A stretch of 42,307 bases of DNA from Macrostomum lignano (lineage: Eukaryota). The DNA is taken from positions 1 to 42,307 of the forward strand of contig NIVC01003913.1 of NCBI GenBank assembly GCA_002269645.1, in the 5' to 3' direction. Of this stretch, positions 34,401-42,307 are shown one piece after another; the stretch's first letter is position 1; each line of letters begins with the position of its first letter. The notes under the pieces were generated by a model. The model did not search any database. It was given only the letters and a program-made list of their open reading frames with translations, and was not told the origin of the DNA. A program made the position numbers and the translations under genes.

Positions 34401-34493
34401 CCCGAGAAATCACTCTTAAGTATCCCGAGAAATCACCCTTAAGTATCCCGAAAAATCACTCTTAAGTATCCCTAGAAATCACCCTCAAGTATC
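28460..34493. repeat. 23-bp satellite array, about 6 kb and about 260 copies, with higher-order structure
   Basis: Unit gagaaatcacccttaagtatccc with recurrent variants (ctct, aatt, cctgag, ccctag, cccgta). Edges are degenerate. Confidence 0.98.
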
Positions 34494-35269
34494 ACAAACA
34501 ATTAGCATTCAATATTTTGAAGAAAAAAACGCCTTTCAATATGTCAAAGAATCGCTCCTAAATCAATCGCCTTCCAAATTCGATCCGTAATTCGAGGAAA
34601 ACCATAAAACGATTGATCCCACCCCATTGTGGTGCCGTCGCACACTTGGGACAATTAAATAACATTAATATGGCCGGGCTGTACACGAACTTTCTCAATT
34701 AAAACGCCTTTATTCTGTAAATAATATTGCTACTTGTAGTTTTGCTATCTTTGAAACATTTATTGCTAAACTACAAATCCATAGATTTAATTTAAATTTC
34801 AAAGCATGATAAATTTGCTTGTTAATCTGTTCAGTCGGAACAAAATATTTCATACAATCAGTTTTCATATCTGTCACCGAACCCGTGTAAGTGTTTCAGC
34901 AGTGTGACTTTGCTCTCTTTCACTTGTGTGAAATTTTGTGAATCTATAGACATATAGCTATCTTATATTTCAATAATGATACGCTCGTAAAGCCTAACTG
35001 CACAAATTCTATTATTTTCGGATGCATACTTACTTCTCTTATTCGATGTAATTTTATTTGATTGCTTGTATTTTATTGACCTGCCGCTTGTAGTCGTTCA
35101 TATAAAAATTGAAATCTGTACCATCTGCAATGCAGCCGCTTCCATGCTGTTTGGTTGGGACTTTGTGTTGTAACGTAATTACAGCTGTACATGCTTTTAT
35201 AAGGCTTGCTAACAGTTTGTAGGTAGTTGGATATTTTGTATTGGTGGGTTTGACATTTAGTGTAGGAGA

Positions 35270-36172
35270 ATTAGGCATTTAGTGCAGGTGGATTAGGCAT
35301 TTAGTGCAGGTGGATTAGGCATTTAGTGCAGGTGGATTAGGCATTTAGTGCAGGTGGATTAGGCATTTAGTGCAGGTGGATTAGGCATTTAGTGCAGGAG
35401 GATTAGGAATTTAGTGCAGGAGGATTAGGCATTTAGTGCAGTGCAGGAAGATTAGGTATTTAGTGCAGGAGGATTACGCATTTAGTACAGGTTGATGGAT
35501 TAGGCATTTAGTACAGGTGGATTCGGTATTCAGTACAGGTGTATTAGGTGTTTAGTACAGGTGGATCTTACTTAAGCTGTTTAAGATACTTAAACATCTA
35601 GTAAAGGTGAATTGAACATCTAGTACATGTGGATTAGGTATTCAGTACAGGTGTATTAGGTGTTTAGTACAGGTGGATCTTACTTAAGCTGTTTAAGATA
35701 CTTAAACATCTAGTAAAGGTGGATTGAACATCTAGTACAGGTGGATTAGGCGTTTATTACATGTGGATTAGGTATTCAGTACAGGTGTATTAGGTGTTTA
35801 GTACAGGTGGATCTTACTTAAGCTGTTTAAGATACTTAAACATCTAGTAAAGGTGGATTGAACATCTAGTACATGTGGATTAGGTATTCAGTACAGGTGT
35901 ATTAGGTGTTTAGTACAGGTGGATCTTACTTAAGCTGTTTAAGATACTTAAACATCTAGTAAAGGTGGATTGAACATCTAGTACAGGTGGATTAGGCGTT
36001 TATTACATGTGGATTAGGTATTCAGTACAGGTGTATTAGGTGTTTAGTACAGGTGGATCTTACTTAAGCTGTTGAAGATACTTAAACATCTAGTAAAGGT
36101 GGATTGAACATCTAGTACAGGTGAATTAGGTGTTTAGTACATGTGGATTAGACATTTAGTACAGGCAGATTG
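35270..36172. repeat. 22-bp tandem repeat grading into alternating 112/134-bp higher-order units
   Basis: Unit ggattaggcatttagtgcaggt. The insert beginning ggatcttacttaagctg recurs at 35563, 35675, 35809, 35921 and 36055. Confidence 0.93.
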
Positions 36173-36239
36173 TCTATTAGTGCATAAAGCATTCAATCGA
36201 ATTTCGCACCTTCATGCGAGGCAAGCTAACGAAAACAGC

Positions 36240-36686
36240 ATGGCCGAACTGAACGAGCGAGCCTTCCAGAAGCAGGAGGTGCGCGGCAAGAAGGGCCGCC
36301 GCAATCACTACGTGAAGAATGTCGGCCTGGGCTTCAAGACGCCGCGCGAAGCCATCGAAGGCAGCTACGTTGACAAGAAGTGCCCATTCACTGGCAACGT
36401 GCACATTCGCGGCCGCATCTTCACGGGCGTGGTTACTAAGATGAAGATGCAGCGCACCATCGTGATCCGCAGAGACTATCTGCACTTTGTGCAAAAGTAC
36501 CAGCGCTACGAGAAGCGGCACAAGAACATGTCCGTGCACCTGTCGCCCTGCTTTCGCGACGTTGAGCTCGGTGACATTGTGACGGTTGGCGAGTGCCGAC
36601 CGCTGAGCAAGACCGTCTCATTCAATGTCATCAAGGTGAGCAAAGCTCGCGGCGGCAGCAAGAAGACCTCCTTCCAGAAGTTCTAA
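36240..36686 (+). CDS. RPS11: 40S ribosomal protein S11 (uS17), intronless CDS, 148 aa
   Basis: [105 protein letters not shown]. The real start is ATG 36240 (gcATGG). AATAAA lies at 36788-36793. Confidence 0.96.
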   Translation: MAELNERAFQKQEVRGKKGRRNHYVKNVGLGFKTPREAIEGSYVDKKCPFTGNVHIRGRIFTGVVTKMKMQRTIVIRRDYLHFVQKYQRYEKRHKNMSVHLSPCFRDVELGDIVTVGECRPLSKTVSFNVIKVSKARGGSKKTSFQKF

Positions 36687-36941
36687 AGGTGGATTTCTTA
36701 TGAGGAATGGGATTAACTAACGTTTAATGACAAAATATTGACTCTGGCTCCCGTGGAGTGAAAAAAGATCAGTTGAAAGTGAATATAAATAAATTGTCCG
36801 CAAATTTGCGATTTTGCTGCCTTCGCTTTGGCGCACTGGATTGAAAAAAAGCTTTTTTTGCTTCTGTTTTGCCTCCGCTCATTCATTTTAGAGGCATGTT
36901 GTTTGCTTGGCGAGTCGCCAAGGTGCTTTGACTGACTCGTA

Positions 36942-37601
36942 AGAGCAGCCTTCCAGATCCTCAGGCTGAGCAGCCAGCCTCCCAGATCCTCAGGCTGAGC
37001 AGCCAGCCTCCCAGATCCTCAGGCTGAGCAGGCAGCCTCCTAGATCCTCAGGCTGAGCAGCCAGCCTCCTAGATCCTCAGGCTGGGCAGCCAGCCTCCTA
37101 GATCCTCAGGCTGAGCAGCCAGCCTCCTAGATCCTCAGGCTGAACAGCCAGCCTCCTAGATCCTCAGGCTGAGCAGCCAGCCTCCTAGATCCTCAGGCTG
37201 AGCAGCCAGCCTCCTAGATCCTCAGGCTGAGCAGCCAGCTTCCTAGATCCTCAGGCTGAGCAGCCAGCCTCCTAGATCCTCAGGCTGAGCAGCCAGCCTC
37301 CTAGATCCTCAGGCTGAGCAGCCAGCCTCCTAGATCCTCAGGCTGAGCAGCCAGCCTCCTAGATCCTCAGGCTGAGCAGCCAGCTTCCTAGATCCTCAGG
37401 CTGAGCAGCCAGCCTCCCAGATCCTCAGACTGAGCAGCCAGCCTCCTAGATCCTCAGGCTGAGCAGCCAGCCTTCCAGATCCTCAGGCTGAGCAGCCAGC
37501 CTCCCAGATCCTCAGGCTGAGCAGCCAGCCTCCCAGATCCTCAGGCTGAGCAGCCAGCCTCCCAGATCCTCAGGCTGGGCAGCCAGCCTCCCAGATCCTC
37601 A
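36942..37601. repeat. 29-bp tandem minisatellite, about 22-23 copies
   Basis: Unit gagcagccagcctcctagatcctcaggct, with period 29 (for example 36961 to 36990). Confidence 0.96.
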
Positions 37602-37630
37602 AGATCTTAGATCACAAAGTTCCTTCAAAG

Positions 37631-37890
37631 GGGCCGTAGCCCAGTAGTATAGCGCGGCGCTCTTATGTGGCCAGCGGCCCAGGCTCGATTCCAAGTGCAG
37701 TCGCATTAAATTGGAGTTAGTGTACATGCCTAACGATAAATAAAGTTAGGGCCGCTGTACACTCCTGTGTGAGTGTGTGCCTGCGCGTATGACTGCGTAC
37801 GTATCCGCGCGCTTGTGTGCGCTGCTCAGGGGAGTCGGCGGAATGGGCAGTAATGCCTCTCGCCGGTTGTGTGACAATGTCGTTAAAGTG
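37631..37890 (+). mobile_element. tRNA-derived SINE family B, internally deleted copy
   Basis: Head gggccgtagcccagtagtatagcgc (A box) and ggctcgattcc (B box). The body is near-identical to the reverse complement of 38936-39106. Confidence 0.8.
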
Positions 37891-38590
37891 CGCCAAGCCC
37901 CATGACTCCAATAAAAAAATAATCTTCAAGTCCCTTCAAAGAAGTTTGATAAAAAAAGATGCTATTTTGCGATGCAGGAAAAATATTGCTCGTTTATTTG
38001 CGTCTTTAAAATTTTCAATAGAGGAAAAATAGGGCATATATAGGATGTACGATAAGATAAATGTCCATCCTTTTTCCAGTTCAAAAACCGTTATTGACAA
38101 TGTGTTTTTATTCAGACTTGTTTTGGGAACCTCTAAGAAAAGTATTTTACTTTTAAATTGTGCATGCCTTTGCAAACAGCTATTGGCAGTAGTAGCATAG
38201 CAGCAAGTCTTAAAAATTTTGGAGAAGAGATAAAAGTGTTACAATATTCTCTAGGCTGTGTCAGTTTTAAACAAAAATAAGAAAATCTACGTTTATAGAA
38301 ACTCTTTGCCAGCGGGATGCGTAATAAACAGAAAAATTGATAGATCATATTTATGTGAAAATGAATTCTTGGTTGCAAGGACAATTTTTAAAGATGTGTT
38401 TATACAGTATATGAGCCAGACAAATTCTAACTGCAAAAATTATTTATTGTTTTATTCTTATTAAATTTGAACTTCTGTTTATCCTTTTAGTTTATCAAGG
38501 TTTTAATTAAGCATTTCAGTCATACGTTTTTCAAGTGCATTCCGCTTCCAAAAACACTGTTCGATTCCATATACTGAAGACTCGCCTAAG

Positions 38591-41500
38591 TTACTCGCTA
38601 AGGAACACCTTGCCCTTGACTCGCTTCTTGGCTGTGGCCGACTCCTGCAGCTCCTGCCCGTTCAATATGCCCATATTGCGGATGTAGAACTCCAGCTCGA
38701 ATAGCTTGTCGTCCAGTTCCTCCACCTGCTGCTCGAACTTCGACGTCTCTGCAAGTGGCATTTTTTTAAGGTAGTCAGTCCACTGAAGTACGGCTTTGAG
38801 ATATTCACCTCCATCTCACAGGTTAATATTGACAACCAGCAATTTGAATGAGATCGAGTGAGAATGGCTTTAAAGACGATCTGTTTATGCTCAATCATTC
38901 ATTAACTAGGTCAATCACATAATAGCTCACTCCCTCACTTTAGGCGACATTGTCACACAACCGGCGAGAGGCATTGCTGCCCATTCCGCCGACTCCCCGG
39001 GCAGCGCACACAAGCGCGCGGATACATACGCAGTCATACGCACAGGCACACACTCACACAGGAGTGTACAGCGGTCCTAACTTTATTTATCGTTAGGCAT
39101 GTACACTTCACTGTGCCTTGGGGGGGGGGTTGGTCCTCAAGGCCGTTCATTGCACGAGCAGAGCCAAGCCAAGATTCCATTTTTTAGCCCTAAATTAATG
39201 ATACTGCACTGGGAATCGAGCCTGGGCCGCGCAGGGCTACAGCCTCCCTAGCTCACCCCCTCCAGTAACAGAGGTTCATTCCGTCAGTCGCTCGCCTATT
39301 CCCTAAACGCAATAGCAGTAAATTCAACAGAATCAAGCAACCCACCAGCCATGTAGGCGAACTGATGGTCGATATGGTTCAGTCGCTTTTGCGGATTGAT
39401 GCCGAACACCGATTTAATCGATTTAACCACGTAGTCCACGATATCGTAGTTGTTCCTGGTTTCGCCCCAGCTCTGCTTCACCTGGCTGAATGACACGTTA
39501 ATAATGGTGATGAAGAAGTTGATCAGCACGAAGGAGACAAACACCATGTAGACGAAGAAGAACACCATTCCGAGCTGGCCGCCGCCGACGACGAAGGTGG
39601 TGAAGTCGAATTTGTCTGAAAGGTGAATCGCCGAGCAGTCAGTCAGTCAGTGTAGTGCCATCTCAATGACGTGCTAATCAGTATAGAGCTTATGAACAGT
39701 CAAATTATTGAACAAAGTTCATCTTGATTGATAAAGTGATTAGTAGTAAGTAGTATTGCAGTTTTCAACGGCAATCCCCAAAAAGATCAGCTTCTAGCGA
39801 TCGAGTTTTTCCATGATCCATGATCTTAGCCGACTCGTGCTGAAATATACCAATATTGATGGGCTGCAGAGGGCAGAAACGAGCTATAATGCGAGGAGCG
39901 TAGCCCATCCATATTAGTGTTATAGTTAGCCGGCGTGAAACCACGTTTCACGGCCCACTGAGACTGTCTATGGTAAAATACCATCTACTTCAATGTATTC
40001 TATAACGAGTACTATAACGAGGTTTCAAACGAAAGGCAGCTGAGAATGTCTATGGTAAAATACCATTTACTTCAATGTATTCTATAACGAGTACTATAAC
40101 GAGGTTTCAAACGAAAGGCAGCTGAGAATGTCTATGGTAAAAAGCCCATTGATTTAATGCAACGCGTTTCCCCCGCCGCCACTGTCCAGCCCTCGGCAGT
40201 CGATCAGCTCGTAAAGTCTTTGATCCTGACCAGAGATCTTGAGGTTCTGCATTTAGCCTACTTTCTTTCGGCACATCGAGTGCGAATTGCTATCCGCTTT
40301 TGCAATGAAACGCCACTGTTCTAGGCCTGGTACTTTTCATCAGAATTTGTACGCCATTTGATGCCATTTCGACTTTTGACTTGTCGCAACCAAACTACGA
40401 CGTAGAACACAAATAGGCCAGGTCAGATTCACTAAGACAGACAAAAATAGCTGCCCCTCCCCCTTTGACACTCACTCAGCGTCATCACTCCTAGCGTCTC
40501 AATGCAGTTGATCAGCGACTTGAAGCTCTCGACCTTGACGTTGAACATAAAGTAGCCGAGCTGAACGAAGGCGAAGAACATGATGAAGAAGAACCAGTTA
40601 GCCGCCGTCTTCAGCACGTAGCCCAGCATCATCATCTTGCGGTTGAAGGACAGCAGGCGAAGGAATCGGATGGTGAACACGAAGACAACCAGGCCAAGGA
40701 ATAGCTGGTCATCTGCAGAGATATCACTGGCTGTCACTTATTCTCACCCTTCACCCACCTCACTCCTTCACCCACCTCACTCCTTCACCCACCTCACTCC
40801 TTCACCCACCTCACTCTTCACCCACCTCACTCCTTCACCCACCTCACTCCTTCACCCACCTCACTCCTTCACCCACCTCACTCCTTCACCACCCACCTCA
40901 CTCTTCACCCACCTCACTCCTTCACCCACCTCACTCCTTCACCCACCTCACTCCTTCACCCACCTCACTCCTTCACCCACCTCACTCCTTCACCCAACCT
41001 CACTCCTTCACCCAACCTCACTCCTTCACCCACCTCACTCCTTCACCCATGTAACTTCACCCACCCTACTCCTCGACCCACTTCACTCCAACACCAACAC
41101 CTTCAACAATTCACCAACCTGAGCCCACAGTATCAGCCACTGGAAATTGATGAATCTTTCCGGGTACTTCTTCATGAAGTAGGACACCCCTGCTGGCGGT
41201 GATCTTGATGATGAACAGGACCACTTCTATGCAGGAGAAGATCAGTAGCAGGAAGTCCATGACGTTGAACACGTCCTGCAGATTAGTAGTTGGCATGCGA
41301 GAAATTTCATATTTTCAGTATGCATAATTGAGCAATATTTTAACACAGGTATGGGTATACACAATGACATGCTCAGCCTTAATTAATTTGCAAATTAAAC
41401 AGCAAGACTTAACAGTCAGATACTTACTTACGAGGCTGCCATTTTTATTTAAGGCATCCCTCGCACCTAAACTCGATTGAGCAAGGAATTCCCTTAGATA

Positions 41501-42307
41501 ACTCTATTAGCCAAATCAGATTGAGCAAGGAATTCCCCTTGGATAACTCTATTAGCCAAATCAGATTGAGCAAGCACTTAGATAATCTATTAGCCCAAAC
41601 CAGGTTGAGCAAGGAATTCCCTTAGATAACTCTATTAGCCAAATCAGATTGAGCAAGGAATTCCCCTTGGATAACTCTATTAGCCAAATCAGATTGAGCA
41701 AGGAATTCCCCTTAGATACTCTATTAGCCAAACCAGGTTGAGCAAGGAATTCCCCTTAGATAACTCTATTAGCCAAATCAGATTGAGCAAGGAATTCCCT
41801 TGGATAACTCTATTAGCCAAATTAGAGTGAGCAAGGAATTCCCCTTGGATAACTCTATTAGCCAAACCAGGTTGAGCAAGGAATTCCCCTTAGATAACTC
41901 TATTAGCCAAATCAGATTGAGCAAGGAATTCCCCTTGGATAACTCTATTAGCCAAATCAGAATTGAGCAAGGAATTCCCCTTAGATAACTCTATTAGCCA
42001 AACCAGGAATTCCCCTTAGATAACTCTATTAGCCAAATCAGATTGAGCAAGGAATTCCCCTTGGATAACTCTATTAGCCAAATTAGAGTGAGCAAGGAAT
42101 TCCCCTTAGATAACTCTATTAGCGAAACCAGGGTGAGCAAGGAATCCCCCCCGACAAATCTGTTCCCAATAACCGAACCAGGAATTCCCCAAGCATTCTG
42201 TCTCTAGCAGCGAATTGCCACTGAGACGGCGGGGCAGCCTTACCGAAAAGTACAGGCAACGAGCTTGTGCAGCTCCTTGCCACTCCCTGTACACGAAGAA
42301 CACAATG
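38591..42307 (-). CDS. Polycystin-family (PKD1L2-like/PKD2-like) cation channel, 3' portion; the gene continues beyond the window
   Basis: Minus-strand exons >42307-42244, 41275-41115, 40712-40476, 39615-39346 and 38748-38591 (stop TAA), all GT-AG. Motifs LYFS|DVFNVMDF, FINFQWL, IRFLRLLSFNRKM, AFVQLGY, pore ETLGVMTL|NKFDF, LINFFITIIN, NNYDIVDY and a coiled-coil tail. There is an apparent 1-nt insertion at 41187-41190. Confidence 0.88.
38936..39248 (-). mobile_element. tRNA-derived SINE family B, in the last intron of the polycystin gene
   Basis: The reverse complement carries gtagccc..ggcccaggctcgattccc and the same body as 37720-37890. Confidence 0.8.
39958..40142. repeat. 82-bp tandem duplication, about 2.3 copies
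   Basis: The unit ctgagaatgtctatggtaaaataccat..cgaaaggcag starts at 39958, 40040 and 40122. Confidence 0.9.
40752..41050. repeat. 17-bp C-rich tandem repeat, about 17 copies
   Basis: Unit cacccacctcactcctt, inside a polycystin intron. Confidence 0.95.
41476..42150. repeat. 45-bp tandem minisatellite, about 15 copies
   Basis: Unit gattgagcaaggaattccccttagataactctattagccaaatca, with period 45 (41647 to 41692). Confidence 0.95.

Noticed and set aside
28460-34493. CRISPR-like or telomere-like interpretation of the 23-bp array (and of the other arrays)
   Set aside because: The units are head-to-tail with no unique spacers, there are no cas genes, and the context is eukaryotic. TTAAGGG/TTAGGC words are embedded in longer units and are not true telomeric tracts.
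36141-36239. 33-aa N-terminal extension of RPS11 given by the ORF track
   Set aside because: The upstream ATG comes from the 22-bp repeat. Homology starts at ATG 36240, and a branch point and acceptor lie in between.
36906-36922. GC-rich hairpins (cttggcg-agt-cgccaag here, and cgtgaaac-cac-gtttcacg near 39935) as Helitron 3' ends
   Set aside because: No convincing CTRR terminus with an A|T insertion site, and no matching 5' TC end was identified.
40637-41122. 161-aa plus-strand His/Pro/Thr-rich ORF
   Set aside because: It is a translation of the 17-bp repeat, antisense to a polycystin intron and exon.
41800-41988. 62-aa periodic ORF (DNSISQ.R.SKEFPL)n
   Set aside because: It is a translation of the 45-bp (15-codon) intronic minisatellite, with no evidence of expression.

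Overview
Eukaryotic (animal) genomic DNA, with GC-rich spliceosomal exons set in AT-rich, repeat-laden introns and spacers. The style is reminiscent of the flatworm Macrostomum, but that is a weak inference. Four host genes are present. (1) A complete 9-exon SLC22-family organic ion transporter (+, 1297-9155, 597 aa). (2) An intronless minimal WW+BAG co-chaperone (+, 27726-28271). (3) An intronless, N-terminally divergent RPS11 (+, 36240-36686). (4) The 3' five exons of a polycystin (PKD1L/PKD2-type) channel gene (-, 38591->42307), which shows small indels. Mobile DNA includes a full-length, apparently very young Ty3/Gypsy LTR retrotransposon (-, 16194-23986). It has 564-bp LTRs identical by eye, a TGTC target-site duplication, a tRNA-Arg-type primer-binding site, and gag and pol joined by a candidate -1 frameshift signal. 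There is also a decayed mariner, two tRNA-derived SINE families (four copies) and several MITE/foldback elements. Nine unrelated tandem arrays occur, including a 6-kb 23-bp satellite with higher-order structure. There is no CRISPR array or prokaryote-type system. I found no single clearly novel multi-gene system. The best leads are the frameshift/pseudoknot signal, a covarying hairpin in one SINE family, the minimal WW-BAG protein, the divergent RPS11 and the unpaired splice acceptors just upstream of three start codons.
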